DNA of 64,000 nt from Candidatus Hydrogenedentota bacterium (lineage in GTDB: Bacteria > Hydrogenedentota > Hydrogenedentia > Hydrogenedentales > SLHB01). The stretch is taken from contig BTVY01000017.1 in the NCBI GenBank assembly GCA_045863335.1, positions 1 through 64,000 of the forward strand, written 5' to 3'. The notes below the pieces were generated by a model. It was not told the origin of the DNA and did not search any database. It saw nothing but the letters and a program-made list of their open reading frames with translations. Below are positions 1-9,948 of this stretch, piece by piece. Position numbers and translations under genes: made by a program. The first letter of the stretch is position 1. Every line of letters starts with the position of its first letter.

Positions 1-54
1 TAAGAGGACATTTCTAATGAGTTCAAAAGAGGACATTATCAGCAAGTTTTGACA
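1..54. mobile_element. Probable IS right end (ISNCY/IS1202- or IS481-like); the element lies upstream of the window
   Basis: AAGAGGACATT repeated at 2-12 and 27-37 (25-bp period), ending in ...TTTTGACA at 54; AT-rich compared with the flanking DNA. Confidence 0.6.
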
Positions 55-122
55 TCTCGAAACGCGAAGTTTTCTTGGCAACCCGTCCTGGAGTACGCTG
101 TACAAAACGGAGGGAGTTTCTC

Positions 123-2399
123 ATGCTGATGTTGATCGTTGGAACCATGCTATGCGCCACGCAACTACCCGCGGGCGCCGCCCCCGAGGCGATTGCCATC
201 CCCCACTTTCCCGACAAGGTTCACGCCTTCGTCTGGCGCAACTGGGAACTGGTGCCGGCCGAGGATATGGCACGCGTGATAGGCGCGCCGCCCGAGGAAG
301 TCGTCCGGATGGGACGGGCGATGGGGCTGGCGGGCCCGCCGCCCATTACCGAGGACCAGCGGAAACGTTCGTACATCACCGTCATCCGGCGGAACTGGCA
401 TATCCTGCCCTACGAACAGTTGCTGGACCTATTGGGCATGACCGAAGAAGAACTGGCCTTCACCCTGCGGGAAGACGACTTTCTCTACATCAAACTCGGC
501 AGCCTCAAACCGAAGTGCGAGCCGTTGCGGTACGAAACGCCGGGCGCGATCGCCCTGAGCCAGGAACGACTGATCGCCCATGAGGTCATGCGGGCCTTTC
601 CGGAGGGGACCGGCGAGATTGCGGATCCCTTGTTCGGTTTTGTGGATCGGCTTTCAGCGCCGCTCGACAACGAAGTGAAGCCGGTTGAGAGCGGCTTCAA
701 CCCGCGCTATGGCTATTCCTATTTCGCGTTGTACGGCGACCCCTTGCTGGAAACGGATACGGACCCCTACCCCGATGGCTTGCTGGCGCGAATGGCAGCG
801 GCGGGCGCGAATGGCGTGTGGTTGCAGGCAGTGTTATATAAGCTCGCGCCATTTCCGTGGAACCCGTCGCTGAGCGAGCATTACGAAGAGCGTTTGGAAA
901 ACCTGCGGGCGCTCGTGGCGCGAGCGAAACAGCAAGGCGTGGGCATCTACCTGTATCTCAACGAACCGCGCGCGATGCCGCTGTCGTTCTACGAGGAGCA
1001 TCCCGATCTCAAGGGCGTGGTCGAAGGCGATCACGCGGCCATGTGCACCAGCGCGCCGGAGGTACGGGACTACATTCGCGATTCGATCGCGAGCATCAGC
1101 GCGGCGGTTCCGGATCTGGCGGGCTTCTTCACGATTACGGCGTCCGAGAACCTGACCAACTGCTGGTCGCACCACAACGGTGGCGGATGCCCGCGATGCA
1201 GCGAACGTCCGCCCGCGGAAGTGATCGCGGAAGTCAACGCGACCATCCAGGAAGGAATTGCCAAGGCAGGAACGCAGACGCGGCTGATCGCGTGGGACTG
1301 GGGCTGGCAGGATGCCTGGGCGGTGGACGCGATCAATGCGCTGCCGACCGAAGTAACCCTCCAGAGTGTCAGCGAGTGGAGCATTCCCATCACGCGCGGC
1401 GGAATCGACAGCGTCATCGGCGAGTATTCCATTTCGACCATCGGGCCAGGCCCGCGCGCGACGAAGCACTGGCAGGCCGCCCGCGACCGGGGTATGCGGA
1501 CCGTTGCCAAAATTCAGGCAGGGAACACGTGGGAGCTGTCCGCGGTGCCGTACATCCCCGCGCTGGAGAACGTGGCACAGCACGCGGCGAATTTGCGCGA
1601 GGCCAACGTGGACGGCCTCATGCTGGGTTGGACCTTGGGCGGATACCCGTCGCCGAATCTGGAAGTCGTCGCGGAAATGGGAAAGGCCGGCGCCACGACG
1701 ACTCCCGAGCAGGCCATGGCGACCGTCGCGGCGCGACGCTACGGTGACGACATGGCGGAAGCTGTCGTGACCGCGTGGAAACAGTGCAGCACGGCCTTCA
1801 GCGAGTTTCCGTACAACGGGAGCGTCGTGTATCTCGCGCCGATGCAGGTGGGCCCGTCGAACCCGTTGTACAGCGCCCCGACGGGCTATACCGCGACGAT
1901 GGTGGGGATTCCGTACGACGACCTCACGCGTTGGCGCGGCGGGTATCCGGAAGACGTGTTCATCGGGCAGTTCACCAAGATGGCGGACGGTTTTGATGCG
2001 GCGCTCGACGGGCTTCGCGCCGCGGCGGGTGCGGACGTTTCCGATGCCCTGCAAGGGGAACTCAATGTGATGGAAGCCGCCGCCATTCACTTCCGCAGCG
2101 TGGCGAACCAGGCTCGCTTCGTTCGGGCGCGTGACGCGGTCCTCAACGCACAGTCGTTGGAGGAGGTGGAACCTGCGCTGGCCGAACTGGAAACCGTGAT
2201 TGACAGTGAACTCGATCTGGCGAAACGGCAATATGCGATCCAACGCCGGGATTCGCGCATCGGGTTCGAGGCGTCGAACCACTATTTCTACGTGCCGCTG
2301 GATCTCGTGGAAAAGGTGGTCAATTGCCGCGACTTGCAGGAGCGATGGTTGCCCGCGCAACGGCAACGATTGAAGAACGCGACGCCCGCGGAAGAATGA
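123..2399 (+). CDS. Secreted hypothetical protein with glycoside-hydrolase-like TIM-barrel core
   Basis: Long ORF; GGAGG RBS before ATG 123; signal peptide; GVGIYLYLNEPR and LIAWDWGW motifs; CPRC cluster. Confidence 0.6.
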   Translation: MLMLIVGTMLCATQLPAGAAPEAIAIPHFPDKVHAFVWRNWELVPAEDMARVIGAPPEEVVRMGRAMGLAGPPPITEDQRKRSYITVIRRNWHILPYEQLLDLLGMTEEELAFTLREDDFLYIKLGSLKPKCEPLRYETPGAIALSQERLIAHEVMRAFPEGTGEIADPLFGFVDRLSAPLDNEVKPVESGFNPRYGYSYFALYGDPLLETDTDPYPDGLLARMAAAGANGVWLQAVLYKLAPFPWNPSLSEHYEERLENLRALVARAKQQGVGIYLYLNEPRAMPLSFYEEHPDLKGVVEGDHAAMCTSAPEVRDYIRDSIASISAAVPDLAGFFTITASENLTNCWSHHNGGGCPRCSERPPAEVIAEVNATIQEGIAKAGTQTRLIAWDWGWQDAWAVDAINALPTEVTLQSVSEWSIPITRGGIDSVIGEYSISTIGPGPRATKHWQAARDRGMRTVAKIQAGNTWELSAVPYIPALENVAQHAANLREANVDGLMLGWTLGGYPSPNLEVVAEMGKAGATTTPEQAMATVAARRYGDDMAEAVVTAWKQCSTAFSEFPYNGSVVYLAPMQVGPSNPLYSAPTGYTATMVGIPYDDLTRWRGGYPEDVFIGQFTKMADGFDAALDGLRAAAGADVSDALQGELNVMEAAAIHFRSVANQARFVRARDAVLNAQSLEEVEPALAELETVIDSELDLAKRQYAIQRRDSRIGFEASNHYFYVPLDLVEKVVNCRDLQERWLPAQRQRLKNATPAEE

Positions 2400-2418
2400 C
2401 CGGCGCACGAAACGCCCA

Positions 2419-2525
2419 CTGTAGCGCCCGGCTTCCATGCCGGGCGTCTTCATCGGTGACAGCGATTAATTGTGCGATGTAGAGATGGCTTCGAGTCCGC
2501 CCGGCGTGGAAGCCGGGCGCTACAG
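2419..2525. repeat. GTAG-family REP doublet (REPIN-like) between convergent genes
   Basis: CTGTAGCGCCCGGCTTCCATGCCGGGCG (2419-2446) and an inverted copy at 2498-2525 with 1 mismatch; each copy is a GTAG foot plus an 8-bp hairpin. Confidence 0.85.
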
Positions 2526-2531
2526 CCGAAT

Positions 2532-4037
2532 CTACTCGGCGTTTGCGTTGTCTACGGTTGAACTCCAGAAGGTGGCCGCGGTGTCGTGGTACTTCATGAC
2601 TTCGGCTCGTTGGTCAGGGTATTCAATCGTGATGGCGGCTTTGCGCTCGTTTACCCAATCCAGGAAGAACTTTGCGGAGGTTTTGCTGATCCGTTTCGGC
2701 GAATTGCCGATTTCGACGTAGAACGGCGCGCTCGAGGCGAAGCGGAACGTATGCGGCACGTCGGCGATCGTGCGAACGAGAAACCACCCGCTTTCGTCAA
2801 AGCGTATCGAACCGAGGCCGTTCGACGTTTTCCATTCGTCCATCGTTATCGTGCGCTCGACGCTGCCGTTCTTGATGATCTCGAAGGCAGGGATCGGGTC
2901 TTGCGCGATCAGTTCCGCGGCGATCGCAATCTCGATAGTGTCTTCGGACTTGAAGACGTGGCCGGGGAGTTCGCCGTTCGCGCGAACCAGCAGGAGCGGT
3001 CCGTTCGTCACGAAAGAACGTCCGGCGCGGAGGCCGTCCCACCACTTCTCGTATGTGAACTCGCCGGGAACCTGCACGTAGACCCGGTTGTATCCGACGG
3101 GATTCGGCAGCACGCCCGAGGCGCTCCCGGCGGAGGGCGGCAGCCGGAATCCGCAATTCAGGATGTGGTAGTAGATTTCCTGCGACCAAAAACCGTTTCC
3201 ACGCGGCGGGGGCAGGCGTTCCGCGTCGCGGGGCTTGCCCCAGGCTTCGCTTTCGTACATGGACGAACGGCACATGTGATTGTTGGCGAGGCCAATCGAA
3301 TCGCCGAAGCCATGGGCAAGTGCGACGGGCACGTCCCACCAGAAGGGCTTTTCGATATCGATCCAAGTGCTTGGTCCTTTGACTTCCAGGAATGCCAGGG
3401 GCGAGGGCCATTCCTTTTCCGCAGCGGTTATTTCCAGCGGCGTCGTACGATTGAAAAACAGGAAGGCGCCGCCGTTCCGTTCATCTTCCCCGGCCATGAG
3501 GTGGTAGAACCGGTCGCCGTCGAAGCGTACCAGTGGGTCTTCCGGCAGAGCCCGTTCCGACCAAAGATCCTTCTTGTTCCACCACGTGATGACCGGCGCA
3601 ACGTAGAGGTCTTCCGCGCGCATGAGCCGTTCGATGTCTTCCACCGGCCGATGCACGTGCAGATCACCGGGATACCAGCCGCGTTCGGGGAGGTTGGCGA
3701 TTCGGCGCAACTTGGTTTCGACAGCAACGTGCTGGCCCGCTTTGAGAGACACTTCTCCTTGCACGCGCTCGTACTCGGGACCGCGTTCGATTTCGTACGT
3801 GTACGTGCCCGGCGCGAGATTCAGTCCCACGGCGCCGTCGCACACGAAATGGTCGCGGAAGAAGGGCAGGTCACCGGGGACCTGCGCTTCGCCGGCAGCA
3901 TCGAGCAAATGAACCCTGCAGGGAATTGGCTTTGACGTGGCGGATTCGACAACACGAAGGTCCAGATGCGCCTCGGCGTCAGAAGCGTCGTCGGGTGCGC
4001 CGAGTGCGAGCAGTGACACGAGTAGTATTGCGGCCAT
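2532..4037 (-). CDS. CehA/McbA-family (PHP-like) metallohydrolase, secreted
   Basis: GWYPGDLHVH, VGYNRVYV and GRSFVTNGP motifs; AAGGAG RBS and signal peptide at 4037. Confidence 0.8.
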   Translation of the reverse strand: MAAILLVSLLALGAPDDASDAEAHLDLRVVESATSKPIPCRVHLLDAAGEAQVPGDLPFFRDHFVCDGAVGLNLAPGTYTYEIERGPEYERVQGEVSLKAGQHVAVETKLRRIANLPERGWYPGDLHVHRPVEDIERLMRAEDLYVAPVITWWNKKDLWSERALPEDPLVRFDGDRFYHLMAGEDERNGGAFLFFNRTTPLEITAAEKEWPSPLAFLEVKGPSTWIDIEKPFWWDVPVALAHGFGDSIGLANNHMCRSSMYESEAWGKPRDAERLPPPRGNGFWSQEIYYHILNCGFRLPPSAGSASGVLPNPVGYNRVYVQVPGEFTYEKWWDGLRAGRSFVTNGPLLLVRANGELPGHVFKSEDTIEIAIAAELIAQDPIPAFEIIKNGSVERTITMDEWKTSNGLGSIRFDESGWFLVRTIADVPHTFRFASSAPFYVEIGNSPKRISKTSAKFFLDWVNERKAAITIEYPDQRAEVMKYHDTAATFWSSTVDNANAE

Positions 4038-4296
4038 GATCGGTCTCCTTGCAGGATGGGACCAGTCTAGCCGGAACGTGGAGAAAGATACAGCTCCCGG
4101 CGATTTGTTCGACCCGGAGTTTCCGATAGAATGGGCTGCGCAGCCGGGGAAGCCCGGCGCAGCTTCGTCACAACCAGATCCGGGATCCAGAACGAAATCG
4201 CCGACCGAGATTCGATACGGCCGTTCCACGTGGCTTGGGCGTCCTCGCCCGAGGTTGACAAGCAACGAACCAGCGAGACACTTCGCAACGCCCGCT

Positions 4297-5679
4297 ATGA
4301 CTAACGACGCGAATGCCCCGAGCACCATGCCTGAACTGGCCCGGACGATTGGATTGGGTGGTGCGATTGCATTTGTCGTGGGCGGCGTCGTGGGCGCGGG
4401 AATCTACGCGCTCATCGGCCCCATTGGCGCACAGGCGGGCACTGCTGTCTGGCTCGCGTTCGCGATGGCCATTGTGGTGTCGCTGCTGGGCGCGATTCCC
4501 ATCATCCAATTGGCGAGCGCGCTGCCGCGCGCCGGCGCAGGGTATCTCTACGCCAGCCGGTTGATCTCCCCCGTATTGGGCACCATTACATCGGCATGGG
4601 TCATACTGGGCGGCGCATGTTCGACCTGCGTGGTTTCGCTGGCACTGGTCAGCTATATTCCGTTGCCGGAAGCGCTCGCTGCGCATCCGCATGTCGCGGC
4701 GGTCGCGGTTGTCGCTATCTTCTATTTCATCCTCTTGCTGGGCGTCCGGTTCGCCATGGGACTACAGATCGTGATGGCAGCGCAGATGCTGGCGGCTTTG
4801 ATCGTGTACATCATTGCGGGCGTTACGCAGGTCGATCTCGCGTTTTCCGTAGTGCCTCGGGGCGGTGCGAGCGGATTCTTGCTCGCCGTGATTCTCTGTT
4901 ACAACACCTGCCTGGGATTCCAGGTGCTGGCCGAGATGGGCGAAGAGATTCGCGATGCGCGCCGCACCATTCCGCTGGCTTTGTTTGTGGGCAGCGGACT
5001 TGTTGCGGTGATCTACATTCTCGTCGGCATGGTCTTCGTCAATTCCCTTCCATTCGATCCCGCCGCGTACGAGTCGATCAACGCGCCGCTCAGCGCTTCG
5101 GGCGAACTATTGCTCTCTCCGGCGCTGCTTGCGTTCTTGAATTTCGGGGCGGTCACGGCGGGACTCACGTCGCTGAACGCGGCGGCCATCGCGATCCCGC
5201 GCGAGTTGTACGCGCAGGCACGCGACGGCCTGTTGCCTTCGCGTATCGCGCGAATCGCCCCTCACGCCAAAGCGCCCCTTGTGGCGTTGAGCGTCTTCAT
5301 TGGACTGGTGGTTGTCCTCATGCTGACGCATCGCGACCTGGACTTTTACGGCTACATGGCGGCCGTGGGGATTCAGCTTATGACCTCGGTCATGTGCTTT
5401 GCATGTCTTCGGCTTGGAACGCGAGAGCCGGCCGCCTATGCGTCGGCCTATATCCGGTTCCCGAAGTGGGCACTCATCCTGTGTACGGTTGTTACGGTCA
5501 TTGCTTCGATTGGATTCGTGGTGCTGATCGCCATCGAACGTCCCAGCGTCGCCTTAGCCTATTTGCTGCTCACGATTGCCGCGTGGGCGTATTACCGGCT
5601 CAGCCGCGAAGCACTGGGACGTTCGGGACAGGACGTGGAGATGGTTGCACACACCATTTCCGAGGATCGGCGCCCTTAG
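4297..5679 (+). CDS. APC-family amino acid/polyamine permease
   Basis: About 12 TM segments; GGVVGAGIY, PRAGAGYLY, EEIRDARRTIP and ARDGLLP motifs. Confidence 0.9.
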   Translation: MTNDANAPSTMPELARTIGLGGAIAFVVGGVVGAGIYALIGPIGAQAGTAVWLAFAMAIVVSLLGAIPIIQLASALPRAGAGYLYASRLISPVLGTITSAWVILGGACSTCVVSLALVSYIPLPEALAAHPHVAAVAVVAIFYFILLLGVRFAMGLQIVMAAQMLAALIVYIIAGVTQVDLAFSVVPRGGASGFLLAVILCYNTCLGFQVLAEMGEEIRDARRTIPLALFVGSGLVAVIYILVGMVFVNSLPFDPAAYESINAPLSASGELLLSPALLAFLNFGAVTAGLTSLNAAAIAIPRELYAQARDGLLPSRIARIAPHAKAPLVALSVFIGLVVVLMLTHRDLDFYGYMAAVGIQLMTSVMCFACLRLGTREPAAYASAYIRFPKWALILCTVVTVIASIGFVVLIAIERPSVALAYLLLTIAAWAYYRLSREALGRSGQDVEMVAHTISEDRRP

Positions 5680-5681
5680 CC

Positions 5682-6455
5682 CTAACCCGCAAGCGCACGG
5701 GTCAAGAGCGTGACGCCGAGCACGAGCAACAGGCCGAGTACGAGTTTCCGGAACCGCGCGTGGTCGATTCGGCGGTCAATAATCCGTCCGGCGAGCACCC
5801 CTGCCAGGAGCCCCGGGAAGGCGAAGAGGGCGAACCAGCCGACCGTTCGTGTGATGAGACCGTAGTACGCCTGCCAAAGAAGCAGGAAAACGCCGCTGAA
5901 GATGAATTGGCTCTGAAGGATGGATTTGAATCGCTCCTTGTGCCATCCGCGAATGGCCGCGTAAATCACGACAGGCGGTCCGCCTGCCGCAAAAGCCCCC
6001 ACGAGAAGGCCCGACAGCACGCCGACAATGGTCGCCGTGCCGACTTGCGTCCGCGTGGCCTTCGGTTCGTCCACGCCCTCCTCGATAAGTTCGTCCTGGC
6101 CGCGCCGCCGGGTAGCGATCAGATCGAAGACGGCGTAGCCGAGTACGACAACGGCAAGGCAACCCAGGACGATGGACTCGGGAAAAGACGTGAGCGCGTA
6201 AGTGCCGAAGGGAATTCCGGCAGCGACGCCGGCGATGAGCGGCAACGACTCGAACCAGAGCCAATGTTTGCGGTTTTGATAGAAGATGTAGATGCAGAGC
6301 GACAGACCCGCCATGGCCTGGAGGGGCGTGGCGACCTGGATGTCGATAAAGAGCGTCGTAAGCGTTACGGTGACGAGGGCCGAGCCGAAGCCGGCGACCG
6401 TGTGAACGATTCCGCCGATGATGAAAGCAATGAGGACTATCAGTTCCGGGAGCAT
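5682..6455 (-). CDS. TauE/SafE-family sulfite exporter-like membrane protein
   Basis: AGFGSAL and AAGGPPVVIY motifs; about 8 TM segments. Confidence 0.85.
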   Translation of the reverse strand: MLPELIVLIAFIIGGIVHTVAGFGSALVTVTLTTLFIDIQVATPLQAMAGLSLCIYIFYQNRKHWLWFESLPLIAGVAAGIPFGTYALTSFPESIVLGCLAVVVLGYAVFDLIATRRRGQDELIEEGVDEPKATRTQVGTATIVGVLSGLLVGAFAAGGPPVVIYAAIRGWHKERFKSILQSQFIFSGVFLLLWQAYYGLITRTVGWFALFAFPGLLAGVLAGRIIDRRIDHARFRKLVLGLLLVLGVTLLTRALAG

Positions 6456-6563
6456 GGGACGCGCGTGTTTCCTTAAAACCGCCCTCGTGAGTTCGGCGGT
6501 GCAGTCCGAAGGGCGCGATTCTAGCGATACGGCGCACCCGATACAAGGAACCTTCGTGCCGCG

Positions 6564-7577
6564 CTACGGTTTATGCGTCTTGGCGTAGTCGCAGAGCGCG
6601 CGGAGGTTATCGAGCGGCGTATCGCGCACGACTTCGCAGCCCGCGCCGACGATGTAGCGGGGCCCCGCCTCGGCGTGGCATTGGGCGATCGCCTCGGTCA
6701 CTTGCCCGGGCGTCTTGTTGCGAAGACACGAGACCGGATCGAGATTGCCCAGCAGGACCTGCTCAGGCCCCATCGCTTCACGAGCCATGGCGAGGGGCGA
6801 CGGATAGTCGAGATCGACAATCGCGCAACCCAGCTCGCCCATGCCTTTCAAAATGGCTCGGGTATCGCCGCAGATGTGGAGGCGGACCAGCGCGCCCATG
6901 TCGTGAATCGCATCGACGAGCTGCTTTTCGTAAGGCCACACGAATTCCTCATAGACTTGCGGTCCTACAAGAGATGCCGCGGCGTCGCCGACCCCGATGA
7001 TGTCGGCGCCGGCGTCGATCTGCGCCTGTGCGAAGGCAATCTCCAGTTTGATGACCCAAGCGAACAGATCGCGCACGAAGTCTGGGTTCTCGAAGAAGTC
7101 GCACATGAGCGTGTTGATCCCGCGCAAATCGGCGGCTTCCGCGCAGGGGCCTTCCACCCAACCCTCAACCAGTTTCTCCTTTCCGGCGCGCTCCTTGAGC
7201 AAGGCAACGCCATCGATGCGATCGCGCATGCGGGTTCCCGTTGCCGGGTCAGGCATCGCGAGGTCCGCCAGCGCCGACGGCTCATGGATCAGGGCGCGCA
7301 ATTCGTCAATGGCCGGTGGCTGATTGTCGAACCACTCGATGGCCGCGCCGCAGTCGGCCGCTTCCCGGGCGGGATCGGAAATGGCGGATACGTAATCGAA
7401 TCCGAATTCGTTGGCGACATGGATCTGCGCTTCGGCCAGAACTCGATGATCGGAGGCGTAACTCCGATAGGGTTTGCCGATGCGGTCGGTGGCAAACATC
7501 ATGGTGATGGGCATCAGCGGCAGGCAGTCCACCGGATCACCGGCGATCATCGCGAGTATACGTTCCCGTCCCGTCAT
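6564..7577 (-). CDS. Uroporphyrinogen decarboxylase-family (MtaA/CmuA-like methyltransferase) protein
   Basis: MTGRER start; LHICG, GNLDPV and GAGCEV motifs. Confidence 0.85.
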   Translation of the reverse strand: MTGRERILAMIAGDPVDCLPLMPITMMFATDRIGKPYRSYASDHRVLAEAQIHVANEFGFDYVSAISDPAREAADCGAAIEWFDNQPPAIDELRALIHEPSALADLAMPDPATGTRMRDRIDGVALLKERAGKEKLVEGWVEGPCAEAADLRGINTLMCDFFENPDFVRDLFAWVIKLEIAFAQAQIDAGADIIGVGDAAASLVGPQVYEEFVWPYEKQLVDAIHDMGALVRLHICGDTRAILKGMGELGCAIVDLDYPSPLAMAREAMGPEQVLLGNLDPVSCLRNKTPGQVTEAIAQCHAEAGPRYIVGAGCEVVRDTPLDNLRALCDYAKTHKP

Positions 7578-7745
7578 GGCAAGTCCCCCAGAAGATTGGC
7601 GTTCCCGGCAGTATACTGCAGGCGTCGGTCCCAGCGCACCGACTGCGCCCGGTAGGTCGCGTCGCCCTGTTCCGAATGCGTTTATTCGACGAACGTGGTA
7701 CAGTTGCGACAGACATTGAGCACAATAGACGTTCGTACCAGCGTA

Positions 7746-7908
7746 ACTTTGGAGTGCGGCCCCTTGGGGCTGCTTTGTTTTAGACTTTTTTGATGGCCCT
7801 TAGAATTCTGAGTCATGCGCCGTTCGCCCGACAGATTCATCTGCCTGCCATCAAGCCGCAGGCAAGCCTGCTCGGTCAAAGCAGCCCCAAGGGGCCGAAC
7901 TCCAAAGT
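7746..7908. repeat. REPIN-like 32-bp inverted repeat pair (TGGAGTGCGG type)
   Basis: ACTTTGGAGTGCGGCCCCTTGGGGCTGCTTTG (7746-7777) and an inverted copy at 7877-7908 with 1 mismatch; 99-bp spacer. Confidence 0.85.
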
Positions 7909-7961
7909 ATTGCCTGCCCTCCATTGCGAAGGGCCGTACTGAGGATAGCTGAGCCTACGAC

Positions 7962-8663
7962 ATGAGTGATACGACGATGCGAACCAGCGTGGCGGCCGTG
8001 GTCCCGTGTTACAACGCCGGGGACCGCGTTGCACCCGTCATAACCGGCCTGCGGGAGTTCCTCGACCACGTAATTGTCGTGGACGACGGGAGCACGGACG
8101 GCGCGGCGGAGCCTTTGCGCGAGCTCGGAGCTACCGTCATCGCGCTGCCGCAGAATCAGGGCAAGGGGTTCGCCATGATGCGCGGGTTCCGGGAAGCCTT
8201 GGCTCTACCCGACGTGACCTGCGCAGCGATTGTGGACGCCGACGGCCAGCACGATCCCAGGGAGCTTCCAACCTTGTATCGCACCTTTGTTGACGAGAGG
8301 GCCGATCTTGTCATTGGCGCGCGGGAGTTCGATCAGGCGCACGTCCCCTGGCGCAGCCGGTTTGGGAACAAGCTGACGGCCGGCATCACGCGCGCGTTGC
8401 TGGGACAGCGCATCGGCGACACGCAGTCCGGTTTTCGCCTGCATTCGCGGTCCCTGCTCGAGTTCATCGTCGAGACGATCCCCGGCGGGCGCTACGAGAC
8501 CGAAATGGAGATTCTCGTGAAAGCCGTGCGCAACGATTTCAAGGTGACCACATCGCCCATCCGTACGATCTACGAGGAAGGAAATCCCTCGTCCCACTTC
8601 AACAAGTTTCGCGATTCCTTCCGGATCTACCGGAAACTGCTCAAAGTCTCCCTCTTTCGATAA
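7962..8663 (+). CDS. Glycosyltransferase family 2 (DPM-synthase-like)
   Basis: VVPCYN, VVDDGSTD, NQGKG, DADGQH and DTQSGFR motifs. Confidence 0.9.
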   Translation: MSDTTMRTSVAAVVPCYNAGDRVAPVITGLREFLDHVIVVDDGSTDGAAEPLRELGATVIALPQNQGKGFAMMRGFREALALPDVTCAAIVDADGQHDPRELPTLYRTFVDERADLVIGAREFDQAHVPWRSRFGNKLTAGITRALLGQRIGDTQSGFRLHSRSLLEFIVETIPGGRYETEMEILVKAVRNDFKVTTSPIRTIYEEGNPSSHFNKFRDSFRIYRKLLKVSLFR

Positions 8664-8709
8664 TCATACGCGTTGTATCGCCGATTCCGATTTGCCAGAA
8701 TAGGCGATC

Positions 8710-9948
8710 ATGAGCACGACCCTACTCTCCGATTTTGAATTCCATTGTTACGGTTGCGGCGAATCGGCGGCTGTGGAGCCCCGTGGTGCTGCGTGCGGCC
8801 ATTGCGGCGAACCGCTCAGTTTGCGGTTTTCGGGCAAGGACTCACCAACCTGCTTGGATTCGCCCCCCGAGTCCTTGTGGCACTATCGCGAGTTCCTTCC
8901 TGTCGCGGACGGAGAAAGCATCGTGTCGTTGGGGGAAGGCGCGACGCGCCTGGTGGAGGCGCCGCGGCTCGCGGCCAAGTTCGGGTTCGAGCAACTCCTG
9001 TTGAAGAACGAGACGTCCAACCCCACGGGGTCATTCAAGGACCGCCAGGTATCCGTAGGGATCAGCCACGCGCGCGAACTAGGCATGAATACAGTGGCCG
9101 TCGTGTCGTCGGGCAACGTGGCCTGTGCGGCGGCGGCCTACGCGGCACGGGCGGGGATGCGCGCGGTATTGTTCATGCACGGCATGGCCGCTCCAGGCAA
9201 GATCGCCCAGGCTGCGGCGTATGGCGCCAAGGTGCTTTGCGTGGACAGTCCCTCGGCCGGCGCGGTGTTCGAATTGTGTGTCGCCGCGTGCGAAAAGTTT
9301 GGCTGGTATCACCTGTCCACGTCGGGCATGCACGAACCCTATAACGTCGAAGGGGCGAAGACGATTGCTTACGAGCTTTTTCACCAATGCGGTGGAGATG
9401 TGCCGGATTGGATCGTGGCGCCGGTCGGCGGCGGCGGACTGCTCGGCGGTATCTGGCGAGGGTTTCTGGACCTTCAACGCGCGGGCGTATTGAGTCGGAT
9501 TCCTCGGCTCGCGGGCGTGCAGGCCGCTGGATGCGCGCCGGTGAAGCAGGCGATTGACAAAGGCACGCCTTTCCTCGAAACGCTGAAACATCCCTGGCCC
9601 AATCCTGAAACGATTGCGGGCGGTATTGCTGATGACATTATCTTTGACGGGCATACGGTGTTGCCGGCGATTCGCACTACAGACGGCCTCGCCCCCGTGG
9701 TTACGGATGACGAGATTATCGCGGGCGAACTGTTGCTGGCGTCGGCCGAAGGCATCTTGTGCGAGCCGAGTTGCGCGGTCGTTGTCGCGGCGTTGAACCA
9801 GCTCCCCCGCAACGGACGCGACACGCGGGTGTGCTGCGTGATTACCGGAACCGGCATCAAAGACCTGGACGCGATACGCAATCAGGTCGCGCCTCCCGCG
9901 AGGATCGCGCCCACGCTCGAATCGGTCGACCAACAGGTGAATTCATGA
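8710..9948 (+). CDS. thrC: Threonine synthase family (PLP fold II)
   Basis: NPTGSFKDR, SSGN, VGGGG, ITGTGIKD motifs; N-terminal Zn ribbon. Confidence 0.8.
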   Translation: MSTTLLSDFEFHCYGCGESAAVEPRGAACGHCGEPLSLRFSGKDSPTCLDSPPESLWHYREFLPVADGESIVSLGEGATRLVEAPRLAAKFGFEQLLLKNETSNPTGSFKDRQVSVGISHARELGMNTVAVVSSGNVACAAAAYAARAGMRAVLFMHGMAAPGKIAQAAAYGAKVLCVDSPSAGAVFELCVAACEKFGWYHLSTSGMHEPYNVEGAKTIAYELFHQCGGDVPDWIVAPVGGGGLLGGIWRGFLDLQRAGVLSRIPRLAGVQAAGCAPVKQAIDKGTPFLETLKHPWPNPETIAGGIADDIIFDGHTVLPAIRTTDGLAPVVTDDEIIAGELLLASAEGILCEPSCAVVVAALNQLPRNGRDTRVCCVITGTGIKDLDAIRNQVAPPARIAPTLESVDQQVNS

